From positions 46,440,001 through 46,504,000 of the forward strand of contig NC_045696.1 in NCBI RefSeq assembly GCF_009834535.1: a stretch of 64,000 nucleotides of DNA, in the 5' to 3' direction. The position numbers and the translations under genes were made by a program. The notes under the pieces are model-generated. The model had not been told where the DNA came from, ran no database searches, and saw only the letters and a program-made list of their open reading frames with translations. This document shows, in pieces, positions 13,166-27,005 of the stretch (position 1 is its first letter; every line of letters begins with the position of its first letter). The DNA comes from Camelus ferus. Taxonomy: Eukaryota.

Positions 13166-13239
13166 AATCCTGCTGCATCACCGAAGCTGGAAGTTCTGAT
13201 GTTCCATTGAAATCACAATGGAAAGTCTTGACTTGACTG
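13166..13239 (+). other. BBX: Non-coding 5'UTR exon (74 nt), probably BBX
   Basis: Acceptor ...tgtggtccttcacAG|AATCC and donor CTG|GTAAGA. The exon sequence (AATCCTGCTGCATCACCGAAGCTGG...ACAATGGAAAGTCTTGACTTGACTG) and 74-nt length match my recollection of the BBX exon preceding the start-codon exon. Flanks are repeat-poor. Gene identity is recalled, not searched. Confidence 0.8.
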
Positions 13240-14931
13240 GTAAGAGCTTCACTGGGGGTGCATCTCACTTGGTTACCTGGAAGCAAGAGTGAAGCAGTCA
13301 AGAGTTGTGTGTCATCAGATCTGGTCTCAGCTTTTCCCCATCTGATGGATTCACCTTCCGTTTTGATCAGAGAAGTGTGATAATTGTGTATTTTTTCCGT
13401 CAATTTTATTAGTATTTTTGAAGTGTGACATTTTAATCTCAATCATCAAGTAAGTTAAATTTTCTTTTAAAATCATGAAGTTTAAGGAAATAACTATTTC
13501 AAAAATCTCTGGTTTGTTTCTCCATAGTAATGGGCTGTTTGGTGAAGTTAATTTATTAAAGTCCTGAATACCTAGAGGATACTTACCTAAATAGATACTA
13601 CACTGGTCTGTTGCCCAAAGCTTTTTTAAAAACTGCCTTTAGCTTTAATTGAAAAAAATGAATCAATATCAAAACATGGAGGTTTTTAAAAAACTATTAA
13701 AAATAAAATAGAAGCATGTTTAGCAGTATCATGAAACTATTTTGAGTATGAAAATATACAATGAGGAAGAAGTTGAGATTTAAAAATATATATATGTGGC
13801 ACATTATATCAAACTATGAAACTCACAGTTTCATTAAAATACTTTCTGTCCTCTTAACTGCCTTTTTAGGAATATTTTAAGATTAATTAAACTCTGCTTA
13901 AATACACACGTAAAAACGTGATTGCTTTACTGAACACTTTATGGTGAACTGGTGATTTGTAAGACCAAGGAATTTGATGTAAATGAAAATGAACAGAAAG
14001 AGTAAATATTGTTTATTTGTATTTTCAGGACATTAAGTTATTCTTCAGTTGTTAGATTCATTGAAAATTAATCTTAAGTCATTTCTGTTCTTAAGTATTT
14101 TTGATAGCTTAAGCCTGCCTAGAATATCTGTGTCTACATTTTTGTTTTAGTAAGTATATAACTGAATGTTGCTTTTGTGGTACAGCCAAATGTAAATATA
14201 AGACTTCTAACCATTCTTCTGAATGTTATGGTCTAGGATTGACACACTGTAAAAATAAATGCGATTTAGCTTGAAAGTGTGTTTAATAGGATATTGAAAC
14301 AAAAATTAGGATTTAGTTTATTTCTTCCTTTCTGTGCTATCCTTTAAGGCGCAGTTAAGTTAGAAATACAAATTCTGAATTTAAGAATGCCAGTTAGGAT
14401 ACAGCTTATGGTTTTACTGGGTCAGCAGGATAGACTATAGAATATTTGAATATCGATACTGAAATTTCAAATATGTTCTCGATTACTAATCATAAAGGGA
14501 GTTGAGTATAGTGAAATTTAAAGAAAATTAAATTTGTGACAGTATTTTGAATTTGTTAAACGTGAATACATACATAAGTGAACCAGGACCTTTTATATTA
14601 CCTATTCAGAAAACCAAATCATTAATTAGGACTTGTATGTCAGTCTTGACTTAAGTAGCCATCCGATCTGTGATTTCTGAATGTTAATCAGATTTTTTCA
14701 GTAAAATATTTTTATTGAATATAGGCAGAAATTGACAGAAAATCCAATTGCTGATTAAATTTAAGAAAACCTGAGACTGTTTATTTCTTTGCATACATAT
14801 ATATTCATCTTAAATGCAGTAGTGACTAATAGAAAATATGCCATACAAAATCAGGAGTAATTTAGGAAACAAATCATGGAAGATATTACCTGGCAGAGTG
14901 ATGCAAGGGTTTAATAAATCTTGGAAACATG

Positions 14932-15310
14932 CTGCATTAGTCAGTTTAGACAAACTTACATTTTATTATCCAAAAAGCCCCCAAATCTTAGTGGTTTATA
15001 GCAGTGAAAGTTTCTCTCTCATGTTCCTGTTCCTGATGAGTCTGCTGCCACTCTGCTCCATGTCCTCTTCTTTCCTGGACCAAAGCTGAAGGACAGCATC
15101 TCTGGGATGCACAAGACTTGTGGCAGAAGGAGACAGGAATGATGGTGGAATCTGGGCTCTTAAAACTGCTGCTTGGAGGTGGCACAGATCACTACCTGTC
15201 ATATTTCATTGTCTAAAACACATCCCATGGCCACCCCATAGTTAGGAGTGGCTTTTAAGAGAGATGAGGTACAGTGCATATTTTAAGTACTGTATCTTCA
15301 TAATCCTATC
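14932..15310 (-). mobile_element. Old MaLR (MLT1-like) solo LTR
   Basis: tgcattagtcag start, cccaaatcttagtggttta, gctcttaaaactgctgcttggaggtggcacag...catttcattg...catggccacccc. Confidence 0.65.
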
Positions 15311-16129
15311 TAGGGCTCTTCTAGACAGACAGAATGCACCTAGTATATTAAGTTTCCAAGAAGTCCTGTAGTAAATGAATCTGTTTATTTAACATGTAAA
15401 ATTATTTGACTGTGAATCCTCTTGTTACATGGAACATGGTGAGCTATGATACCCTATCTGTGACAGATTTTAAGGAATGAGGAATTGATACAACTCGACG
15501 TTATCACTTTTTCCACCATACAGTAGGTGGATATATAGTGTATATTAGACTTACATTATTGTTTTATAAGTTGTTTTAAAGTGAATGAAAATTAGTGTAG
15601 AGGGGACCCGCTGCAATTTGCATACAGAGTTAGAGAAGGGAAATAACGATACTCATACTGACTCCTTACTGATGTATCATAGGTTACAGATACTCGACAG
15701 ATACTCTCTAATTTGATACAGAGAAAGAGCATGAGAAAATGGGTACTTTGCTTTTTCTGGTAGTAATATAATAATTTTACCATTTAATGGTAACCAAATA
15801 CTTCTACTTAAGATCAATTTCAAGAATCATTCTAGAAAGAAAGAATACAGACAGACCCTGTAGCAAGGTTAACAGTCGTAGCCCATGAGTTACTTCACCT
15901 GTGGTCATATTCCCTATTCAGTGATTGTATTGTTGTCTCCTAAGCTTTCTGAAAAATGGCACAATGAACTACTCAGACAGTGTTGATTTGATTAATCCCA
16001 TGGGTTTTATAAAACATTGCTACCAGGCCTGTGTGGATTAGGATGATATAAATATCCAGGAGTATATAAACAATGCTTTGTTTCACAGTTTATAGTTCCC
16101 TGAGATTGGGGGAAAAGAATATTCTTAGA

Positions 16130-16350
16130 CATCTCTGGATTTAGAGAAACTTAGGCATTAATCCTAGTTCTGACACTTTTATACTGAAAGAATTTGGGTG
16201 ATTATTTAACCTCTGAAATTTTCTTTTCTCATCTTAATATTGGATAATGAGCTCTACCTTGTGGAATTGTGATAATTAAATGAGGTAATTATGTTAAGTG
16301 CCTGATACAATGCCTGTCACATGGGATACACTCAAGAAATGGTAGTTAAG
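16130..16350 (+). mobile_element. MIR SINE
   Basis: ttatttaacctctg...tctcatct...attaaatgaggtaat...gtgcctgatacaatgcctg. Confidence 0.7.
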
Positions 16351-17152
16351 AAAATAAAAAAATGATCAAACTTCAAGAATCTTGAATGTATTATAAAATA
16401 CCTTTAATAGACATCTGACAGTATGTGTATGTCTAAAATGTGTTTGGATATTTATATTTAAACACACACACACCTATAAGAGTTTTAAAAAATTGTCCCT
16501 AATGGGTAAGAACCTATGTATTCTTCTGTACTTTTATTAAAAATTAAAAGTAGCTTTATCTTTATCACTGAAAGGGTGAATCCGGTAGAAATATTAGCCA
16601 CCTGTGATTCAGTAATTCACTTCTTGCCACTGAAAAAGTCCTAAGGACAGAGTGATAGCCAATGTGGATCTATGGCCTTGACTTTGAATATTAATGAGCT
16701 GTCAGCATTAAGGAAATCAAATTCTATGTAATCTCGAGGCACAAGATATAAGAGATAGTGCCACTGAAACTTTCTTCACCATGTAGAGCAAATATTATTT
16801 GATTTCAAAATAATCAGCAATTCTACATCAAAGTTTTTATTCTACAGTTTTCTAGTGAGGCTGAAATTTAGATTTTTTCTGTATCAATATTGTGCCCTCA
16901 CACCCAGAATCAGGCACAGCAGAATGATATCTCTTATGCTTCAAAGTTTTATGCTATTTCTAAACGATAATTTAATTTAATTTAGAATAACATATAATAA
17001 ATCATTTTAGGGTGACTTATTCTTCAAATTGTTCCAAGTGCTTCTCTTTGTAAATGAATCACCTTTGTAACAGCTATCAGTTACCTATTATTGGGCAGGA
17101 TTATTAGTAGAGTAAAACAATCTCAAAAATAGAAGCTTCTCTCTTCTAGAGG

Positions 17153-17530
17153 TTATATGGTCTGCTTGGGCTGCCATAACAAAATACCACAGACGAGTGA
17201 CTTAAACAAGATATTTTTTTCACAGAGTTCTGGAGGCTAAAAGTTCATGGTCAGGGTGCTGACAAATTCTGTTTCTGGTGAGGTTTCTCTTCCTGGCTTG
17301 TAGACAGTCGCCTTCTTGCAGTGTCCTTAGATGACCTTTTCTCCATGCGTGTGTGGAGAAAGCATGCTCTGATCTCTTCCTCTTATAAGGACACCAGTTC
17401 TTTCAGATAATAGCCCCACCCTAATGACCTTACTTAACTTTTACCTACTTCCAGGGTCTATCTCCAAACACAGTCACATTGGGCTTTGAGGCTTCATCAT
17501 ATGAATTTGAGGGCAACCAACTCAGAAGTA
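17153..17530 (-). mobile_element. MLT1A-like MaLR solo LTR
   Basis: gggctgccataacaaaataccacagac...ttctggaggct...tctcttcctggcttgtagac...cttataaggacacc...atatgaatttgaggg. Confidence 0.88.
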
Positions 17531-20500
17531 ATTGGTTTTCTGTGCCAAAGAGTGAAGTGAAAGTTAAAAACAAAAACAACACAACTTTCTATGTTATTTA
17601 ATCTCTAAACAAGAAAACTAGTTTATTGTAGTCATCTAAGTTTCTAAAAACATCTTTGGTCTTTGAGGTGGGAGACATTTCAGATTACCAAATTCATATT
17701 TCTTCCATCTTGAAGTCTCTGTGCATGAAAAAGAGTGTTTTTCAAGGGAAGGGATCAAATCTAAGAACTTGAAAATCAGTGTTTTGTATGATGGAGGAGT
17801 TACATCATTGTAAAAACTGATTTTTCAGGTGTATTCACTGTTATTCCTGAATAGAAGGTGTTTGAAAATTAGGTTGAGGAATCAGATAATTATTCTTTCA
17901 AGTTATATCTGTTTCTGCTTACTATAATTAAGCCAATTCACGTTTTTCAAGGCTATATTCTTTTATTTTGTGAATCAATTGCGAATACAACAGGGAAATG
18001 GCATACTCTTAAGATTTTGGGAAACAGAAAAGACTGTGCATTTGAAATAAAGCCAGCAGAAGCCAAAGTATCCTAAATCTGATACATCTACCTGCTATTC
18101 TTCCTGCGTTCTTCTTTTTAATTGTTATCCCCTTTTTATTTCCTCTTCCTTTTCCTTCTTTCCTCTGATACCAGCTCTTAAGTAGGTAATTGTTGTTTGG
18201 ATTTCTCAAGTAATAGTCTAAATGCAATTCTTTGAACATCTATATAGTACTTCTTTCTGCTATACAGTAGGATGCTTTTTCTATTAAGTCAGTTGATGGG
18301 TATTTGGTATTAGTGATGGGTAAGTAGTATTTATGGAGGCTCAACTTAACTCTTAGTTTTATCTTGAAATTTTTTTTTTCAATGTGTGTTCTGTGTCACT
18401 AGAATGATTTCAGTTTCTGGTGAGTTGATGCCTATCTAAAATAGAAAATACACTCAAGAGGAAACAAACCTTTGAGACTTAAACGTTTGTATAAAAATTT
18501 TAAATTGATTTGTAATATTTATTTTCTCACCTTGTGTGTTTATAAGCCAAAAGATAAGCTGTTGGGCACTAATCTGTTTTGTGGATGACAGTTTAATTGG
18601 TTGAAAGGTATTTTAACTGTTTTATCTACTTTTTATTTCAATTTCCCTGTTAACGTTATTTACAGAATGACTCAAACTCAAGCCTTATATATAATACATT
18701 TTGGCAATATATTTCTTCTAAACAATAGGATCAGTCTACTGATTATTAAATTTACTAGTTAAAGACAGCATAAATAAATTCAGACATAACCACTTCATTC
18801 ATTAATACTACTTTGAAAGGTGATGGATAAATTAAGTATTTTATCCTGAAATCCGTATTTCCTCTGATCTCTATTACAGAGAAATGTGTTTTTTCTAGGA
18901 AACTAAATTGATCTAATAAGGTGAAATTTCTCATAACATTTCTCTCAGAATTTCCATGCGTTTTAATGTAAAATATGCACTGCATTTACTGGATATTCTG
19001 TACATACACATATAAGTGTAAATGTATCTGAGTGTATATGTGTGGCTTTTTCATATAACCTCTTCAAGAAGCTAAGAGACTTAAATTTACACTATAGAGT
19101 TTATTTTGTTGATGGCTGTTTTGCCCAAACCTAGAAACAGTGTCTGGCATGTGGAACTTGCTCATTGGTAAACATTTGGTGAATTAGTAATACAGGAGTT
19201 CACATTTCATTAATCATGTATTCCATTGATGTTGATGTTAATATGCATTCCCTGTCTACCTGGAGATTATTTTTTCTCAGACTGAGTTCAGGGAGAGAGG
19301 AGTGCTCCTCAAAAATAAAAGTCTTTCTGTGCCTTTAAGTTGCAGTTAGTTCTATAATCAATAAACGCTAGTGAGTATAACAACTTAAAATAGCAGCAAA
19401 AAATTTCTGGGTAACTGTTGGCTATTTACAGTGTACACTGAGTCAGCAATGGTTTATTAAGAATTGTAAGCCTTCTGCCAAGTACTTCTGTAACAGCCCA
19501 TCAGTGGCGCTCTGAGTGGAGGACATGTGAAGGTTCTGAGATTTAAGGTAGGCAAGTTGGTTCAGGCTGGGCCTAAAGAGATGCTATATGGTACTTGGAT
19601 TCAGTTAATATATAACAGAAAGGTTGACTAAAGTCCACTTTTAGGTGTTTTATTCTTGAGGGGGTGGCTTTTTTTTTTTTGATATTTCTGTATTCAAATT
19701 GATCTATGAAGATGAAGAGGAACACTGTGTTTTGGTTTTGTAGACTTTGTATAACCTGCTTAATTTTCAGTTGTTATGCCTCTGCCATGGTTCTTAAAAC
19801 ACAGACGAGTTATGTAATTATTTCAGTGTTTCCTTAACATTTACTTTAAGTCTGTTTATTACCAAGAATCTCTTCGTGGCAGAAATAATCCACTTCCGGT
19901 AGTGTTTTTAGGGGTTAAGTTACCATAGACACTTACAGTGTACAAGTTTCTTGAGAGAGCCAGCTAGACAGAGAGGAACTGGCTTCTAAACAAGGCTTAA
20001 ATTATAAAAAGATACCATTTATATGGTGAACACTGTCCAAAGCATTCTCAGTTATGCCACACTGATGACAAGATTAGAGTGAAATCTATGAAGTGTGAGG
20101 TGTATCTGCGTGCAGAGTAGTGTATGCCCATCAATCCATACAGCGACCACCCAGATGGACATGAATTGAAACTCTGAGCCATGTTCTTAATATAGTTTTT
20201 GAAAACTTACCATGTTTTCAGCATTGTTAGAGTTGCCAAGTCATCAAATAGGTGTCTTATATTACAACAAGAGATAATAAAGAAAAGTTTGAAATCAGTA
20301 GCCACTACCAATCCCCTTTTTAAATACCAAACCTCTTGCTATAGCAGTTGTTTTGTCCTGCCATTTGATGAAGCATACAGCTCATCTTTCAGTTCATTTG
20401 GTGAAGTGAACACTTACAGGAATGATACAGTTTTCAGGTTTGAAAGTTTAGTTGTTCCTGTTAAAATGATAGGTGTTGCCTTTCTTTATTATTCACAGAG

Positions 20501-20538
20501 AGTTTCACTTTTTAAAGAACATAAGATAAATCTTTCTA

Positions 20539-21046
20539 CCTAAATGTCCATCGACAGATGACTGGATAAAGAAGCTGTGGTATATATATACAATGGAATA
20601 CTACTCAGCCATTAAAAATAATAAAATAATGCCATTTGTAGCAACATGGATGGACCTGGAGGTTGTCATTCTAAGTGAAGTAAGCCAGAAGGAGAAAGAA
20701 AAATACCATATGATATGACTTATATGTGGAATCTAAAAAAAAAAAAAAAGACAAATGGACTTATTTACAAAACAGAAACAGATTCACAGACATAGAAAAC
20801 AAACTTTGGTTGCTGGGAGGAAGTTCAAGATTTGCAGATACTAATATATATGAAATAGATAAACAACAGGGTCATCCTGTATAGCACAGGGAATTATATT
20901 CAATATCTTGTAGTAACTTATGGTGAAAAAGAATATGAAAACGAATATATGTATGTTTGTGTATGACAGAAGCATTGTGCTGTACACCAGAAATTGATAC
21001 AGCATTGCAAACTGACTATACTTCAATGAGAATATATTAAAAAAGG
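20539..21046 (+). mobile_element. 5'-truncated camelid-type L1 (ORF2 C-terminus plus 3'UTR)
   Basis: cctaaatgtccatcgacagatgactggataaagaag...gcaacatggatggacctggag; TSD aatctttcta at 20529-20538 and 21047-21056. Confidence 0.92.
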
Positions 21047-23037
21047 AATCTTTCTAATGAGGCTATTACAGTATATCTTGTTGATGGTTAAGGTGTCTCA
21101 GTTACGTCTCTTTTTATGAATTTTTACTTAGTCATCAAAATCATAGAATTTTAAAAAATGATTATTTCTATTGTAATAAAATATTCCATACATTAGAGTT
21201 TATAGTGTGCCTGTGAAAAAATATTTTAGAACTTTTACTTCCTAATGCTTACAAACATTCTTATTCTTGCCTCTAGATTATCAACTGCATAATGCTCACT
21301 ATTGCTTCCTGGAGATTAATATGGATAGGCAGAAACTTAAAGTTTTCCTTATGGAAGACAGCTTTAAATGGATCACTTTTTTCAGCTATAACTTGATCTT
21401 AGAAATGTAGGCTGTGGAGTTAGATGGATCCAAGACAGGACTAAATCTATCTCAATTGCTTAGTGATTGGGCGGTGGGGAAAATTATTTAACTTCATCTG
21501 GAAATGGGGTGAATAATGACCACATGAGGTTCTTACGAGGCTAAAAAGTGCCGGAGGGTACACTGCCAATCCAGCACATGGCAGCATTGCTAAGAATGTG
21601 TGTTTCATTGTCAAAATGGATAGTAGGTCAAAAGTAGCATTTGCCTTTTTTTGTTTTTAACTGCTTTAACTGTTCCTTGAAATTCAAGCATGTCTCTTTT
21701 TACAAGGGAAATGTCTTTATTATGTTGCACATCTTTAATATGTTGAAGTCTTTATTGAATACAGGATAGACTTGCTTTAAATAATTAGGGAAGAACAATG
21801 TTTATTCTTTTTATTGTTAGATATCTTAAAATATTTTCTACATAACCATAAGTAATAGAAGTTTGAGTTTAATTATACTTGCCCTGATTAATTTTGCAGT
21901 TTTATTAAAGTGAAATCAAAGCTAAAATATGTGAAAGTATTAAGAGATAAGTCATATGTTGTTCAGTGGATTATACTTATTTCAGGGATACTATCACCTC
22001 ATACCATGAGTATTAACAAAATTATCACCCTAAACAACAAGTAAATTATTTAAGCATAATAGTAATTTTTTATAATCTACACAGTTTTTTTCAAAGATTG
22101 TAATTACTTTAACAAAACAAGGAGCTGTATTATGGCATTATGAATTCTTAATGAATTTTAAACTATGAAAGCTATTTTTATAAATTGATTATCTCAACCT
22201 GATAACTATAAAAAATTAAAAAAATTTTAAACAGCTGTGAACTCATGACCTTACTCTGCTAGTTTATCCATACACCAGAAAAGCAAAATTTTCCTTCAGT
22301 TTAGGTCAGTGGGTTAGCATTTCTAAATTAATTGATCCAAGAGAAGAAAGTATTTTTATTTCTAATAATTTTTATGCACATGAGCATGAACCAGTACAAC
22401 TTCATCTTTTGTCCCTAGTAACTTTTATTTATTAATTTTGAGTATCTGTATGATTCATGTATCTAAACTGGTTTTGGAGATAGTTTAATAGGACCATCTA
22501 TGAAAATACTGTTTCCTTTTAAAAGCTGTTCTGTGTATGTTACCTAATGTGTTTGTGGTCTTTTTATAGCAATTTTGCCTTTTCCTAGTCAAATATGTGA
22601 ACTTTCTAACCATAACAACTATGGATTTTATAGACTTCAGTTATATAGTTTTTCACTTATTAGCGTATATTGAAATTCTAAACCTTTCTGGTCCACCTAT
22701 AAGAATGAAGAGGGTTTGCTCTCTTTCTCCAGCTCTTGTATTCCTTTTTAGTACCTAAACTGCCTATAGTAATCTCTCTGGAAAAATATTTTATTTGAAT
22801 ATACAGTAATATACCTTCTGCTCCTCTTTTTATCTGATAAATATTTACTTGAAGTATTACGTGCAATGTGTTAGACACTTTCACAGTCACAATATGATAA
22901 TAGAAGGCAAACTAATTAGGCAGAAAAAGATAAATAAACCTCATTAAGAGTTTTGAGGAAGACCTAAAATCCCATGTAGAAATAACAGGGAAGACTACAC
23001 AGTGGAGGAAGTAACAGAAGTCTGGAGAAGGTGAATA

Positions 23038-23540
23038 CAGCCATACCTCATTTTATTGAGCTTTGCAGATATGTGGGGTTTTTTTTGTTTTTTGTTTTTT
23101 TAACAAATTGAAGGTTTGTGACAACCGTGTGTTGAGCAAGTCTATCAGCATTGTTTTTTTCCAACACCGTTTGCTTACTTTGTGTCCTTTATCACATTAT
23201 GGTAATTCTCGCAATATTTCAGACTTTTCCATTGTTACTGTATTCATCATAGTGATCTGGGATCAGTCATCATTGATGTTACTATTGCAGAAAGATTATG
23301 ACGTGCTGAAGGCTCAGATGATGGTTAGCATTTTCTAGCAATGAAGTGTTTTTTAATCAAGTTATGTACATTTTTAAGGCATAATGCTGTTACATAGTTG
23401 TGATACACTACAGTTTAGCATAGACATGCTTTTATAAGCACTGAGAAACCGAAAAATTTGTGTGCCTTGCTTTATTGTGATGATACTCGCTGCATTCAAG
23501 TTGGACTGGATCCAAACACAGTGTCTTCAAGGTATGCCTG
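23038..23540 (+). mobile_element. Internally deleted Tigger1 derivative (non-autonomous TcMar-Tigger)
   Basis: TA|CAGCCATACCT ... AGGTATGCCTG|TA inverted termini with TA TSD; Tigger1 motifs aaattgaaggtttgtgacaacc and gctgaaggctcagatgatggttagcatt. Confidence 0.9.
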
Positions 23541-24109
23541 TAGACTGCTTTTGCCATTTGGATGGGATGTCTGTAAGGGTAAATGGGAAATTTTGGTGGA
23601 AATTAAAAGAATCTTCAATGTCGGTGAGTTTACTTTTTTTTTTTTTTCCTTTAAGGAAGATAAACCACTGAAAAATTTTGAGCAGACAATATAAGTAGGG
23701 ATGGATTGGAAGGAAAAAGAAGTAGGCATTGGAAAGTTTAGTTTGGAGGGGCTTTGTTCTTGATAGGGTTTGACAGTTATGAGCAGGACCATTATGGGAG
23801 ACATTATGAAGGTTATAACTTGTCTGGATCTGTCTTAAAGTATTTTGGATTGCAGTTATCCAACTCACCAAATCACATAAGTCTTTTCCCAATTTGCAGG
23901 GTAAAAAATAATACTCACTTTAAAGGATTCCTTCAATGAAGATTTTCTCAAATGCTTAATGCCTACTGTTGTTTATCCTATGTATGTCTGTGTGTGTTTT
24001 TAGTTATTGTACATTTAGCTTTCACTGTGTTTATTAAAGAATACAAGTCCTGTCTTGTCATTTGAACCAAACTACTAATGTATAGAGTTTAGCAGTAGAT
24101 TAAACTTGT

Positions 24110-24640
24110 GTTGTAGAAGGAATCCTGGAGAGGAAAGGAAGCAGTTGGGAGGCTTTGAAAAAGAAGTCAGAGACAAGTTTTTAAGTGTGGATGTTTAGAT
24201 AATACTACTACCAGAAGCAGAGAGATAGTAGTAGAAACTGATTTGTGGAAGAGGAAGGTGAAGTTTGGAATGGATTGGATTTGAAATGCAGAGAGAATAT
24301 CCGTGTGGTTATGTATAGAATGTGTTTATAAATTTGCTAATGAATTTGGAAGAGATTCCAGCTGAAGATAGGTATAGCTTAACAGAGAGAGACAGAGCTG
24401 AAACTTAGAAAATTGGTGAAAGCAGAAAATACGGCAAAGACAGAACCTTTGAAGACACCTACTTGCTAAGAGAAGTCCAAAGGAAAGAAAAACAATCAGA
24501 TCTGTGGTGGGAAAAGCAATTAGAGTATAATGCTAAGGAAGATGGAGTTTTCAACAAAAGTGTTGAAAAACAGAGACATTTAAATGCTTAAAAAATGTGT
24601 TTGTTTTAGGTGATCTGGGGTCCTTTGGAGAAAACAGTTT
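24110..24640 (-). mobile_element. L2 fragment interrupted by L1 (resumes ~25550)
   Basis: Purine-rich degenerate L2-like sequence (ggatttgaaatg, gacagaacctttgaagacacctac) continuing across the L1 TSD. Confidence 0.55.
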
Positions 24641-24641
24641 T

Positions 24642-25533
24642 AAAAATAATTAATTAAATAATTTTATTGAAGTTTAGTTGATTTACAATATTGTATTAGT
24701 TTTAGGTGTTCAACATAGTGATTCAATATTTTCATAGATTGTACTCCATTTAAATTTATCTTTAAACATTGGCTATATTCCCTGTGCTGTACAATATATC
24801 CTTATAGCTTATTTATTTTACACGTAGTAGTTTGTACCTCTTAATCCTCTAACCTTGCCCCTTCCACCTCCCCTCTCTGCTGATAACCACTAGTTCTCTG
24901 TATCCATAACTATGTTTCTGTTTTGTTATATTAATTTGTTTTATTGTTTAGATTTCACACATAAATGATAACATACAGTATTTATCTTTCTCTGTCTGAC
25001 TTATTTCACTAAGCATAATACCCTCTACTGGGTCCATCCATGTTGTTACTAATGGCAGGCTTTCATTCTTTTTTATGGCTAATATTTCTTTGTATATATA
25101 CTCTACATATGCTTTGTCCATTCATCTGTTGATGGACACTTAGGTTGCTTTTTTTAAAAATTTTTTATTGATTTATAATCACTTTACAATGTTGTGTCAA
25201 ATTCCAGGGCAGAGCACAATTTTCCAGTTATAGGTTGCTTTTATATCTTGGCTGTTGCAAATAATGCTGCTGTAACATTGGGGTTCAGGTATTTTTTCGA
25301 ATTGGTATTTTCATTTTCTTTGGATATATACCCAGGAGTGGAATTGCTGGATCATATTGTCGTTGTATTTTTCATTTTTTGAGGAACTCTAATACTGTTT
25401 TCTGTGGTGGCTGTAACGATTTGCACTCGCACTCACAGTGTAACAGGATTCCCTTTTCTCCACATCCTCACCTTTCTGGTGATATCCATTCTGACAGATG
25501 TGAGGGGATATCTCATTGTGGTTTTGATTTGCA
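24642..25533 (-). mobile_element. 5'-truncated L1 with a nested younger insertion
   Basis: ttttattgaagtttagttgatttacaatattgt...cattcatctgttgatggacacttaggttg...tgtggttttgatttgcattt; degenerate TSD tttggagaa(a)Rcagtttt at 24624-24641 and 25534-25550. Confidence 0.9.
25153..25230 (-). mobile_element. Very short young L1 3' tip nested in older L1
   Basis: ttttattgatttataatcactttacaatgttgtgtcaaattccagggcagagcacaatt resembles 7865-7935; TSD taggttgctttt at 25141-25152 and 25231-25242. Confidence 0.88.
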
Positions 25534-26159
25534 TTTGGAGAAGCAGTTTTTGAGGAGTAATCAAGGCAAAGGCCAGGTTGCATAAATGTTTCCAATATTC
25601 CCACTTTCATTGCCACTTTCTTGATTGTTTTTAGCTGAAACTATCTGTTGAGCCACTGTCTTCATAGAGTAGTCTAGAATGACTTACAAAGCCTCTTCTG
25701 GGAGCACAGAACTCCTCTTCTATAAATGCAGTGTTAATATTGTTTTTTAAAAATGTATTACCTAAGACTCTTTCAAATCAGATCTTATCCAGGTGCTAAT
25801 ATCATTTCCTCAAATGCACTGAAGTGTGACTTTCTTTAAAATAAATCATCAGCAAACTTGCTTCCTAAATGCCTCACCAATGGGGCTTACATTTATTCTA
25901 ATTGGCATTATATAGGGATGATAAATGAATTCCCTGTCATTGCCAGTTCTTCTTTTACACTCAGTACAGTGGTACTTTTAAAAAGACCTACTGTTTTAGT
26001 AAATATCCTATAGAAAGCTCTTTGGAGTAGTAGGGCCACCTGCATATGAAATTTCTAGGTTAGAATCAGATCCATAGCCACTTTTGTTTCCATCTGCAGA
26101 GAATAGTGGTAAGGATATAAAAGACTCACTGTAAGTAGTAATGATTGTCATGATAAAAA

Positions 26160-26400
26160 CTGCAATTGTTATTATTTACATTTTATGTGCTAATTTCTCT
26201 CTATGTGTATATATGTGTGTTCTTTCCTAATCTTCCCAATGACCCTTAGATGTAGGTGTTGTTATTCTCATTTCATATCTGAGAGAACTGAGGCCCGGAA
26301 CATTGAAACAAATTGTCTGAGCTTCTTGGCTAATTAAAAGCAGAGCCAGGATGCAAATCAGCTCTTTCTGACTTTCAAAGACCATGTTCTCTACATGGTC
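26160..26400 (-). mobile_element. MIR SINE
   Basis: ttattctcatttcatatctgagagaactgaggcc...gcagagccaggatgcaaa. Confidence 0.7.
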
Positions 26401-26654
26401 CATGCAGTTTAATGATGTATTTGAGGTTAGAGCTTTAACACCCTTTACAGCAACTACTCACTCCAGTTTGGGAGCCCAATGCCTCATTACTTTCTTACCT
26501 TTTCCCTCCAACTAGGGAAGAATAGATCACTTTCATTTGCTTAAATGTATTACCATTCTACACTGTTGATTTGCACTCTTCTGTATATTTAATTCTTGTA
26601 TTTATTTAATCTTCACATCAATTATATGAAAGATAGATGTATTCCCTCCCCCAA

Positions 26655-27005
26655 CATTTTACTTTATAACTTTCAAACCTATAGCATTACACTCATACAC
26701 TCACCACCTATATTCGGCCATTAACATTTTACTATACTTACTTTATTACATATCTATAACCTGTGTATCTATCATCAAACCAACTTATTCTTGATGCATT
26801 GAAAAATAAAGACATCTCTACAAATCCCCTAAATACTTAAACCTGTGTATTATCTATCTAGCTCAGTATTTATGTGCAATTTTTTTCTTTTGATGTAAAA
26901 TTTACATTCAGTGAAATGCTCAAATCTTAGACATTCTCTGAATTTTGATAAATGCATATACGTACCTGTGTAATCCAAATACCTACCAAGGTACAAACAT
27001 GACTA
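26655..27005 (-). mobile_element. Old L1 (L1MC/MD/ME-like) 3'UTR fragment splitting a MIR
   Basis: tgtaaaatttacattcagtgaaatgctcaaatctta...ttttgataaatgcatatac; MIR core resumes at ~27010 (cccattttgtacctgaggaaacttga). Confidence 0.6.

Noticed and set aside
13077..13442. 121-aa minus-strand ORF antisense to the exon
   Set aside because: Starts at TTG, no recognisable domain; the + strand splice signals explain the locus.
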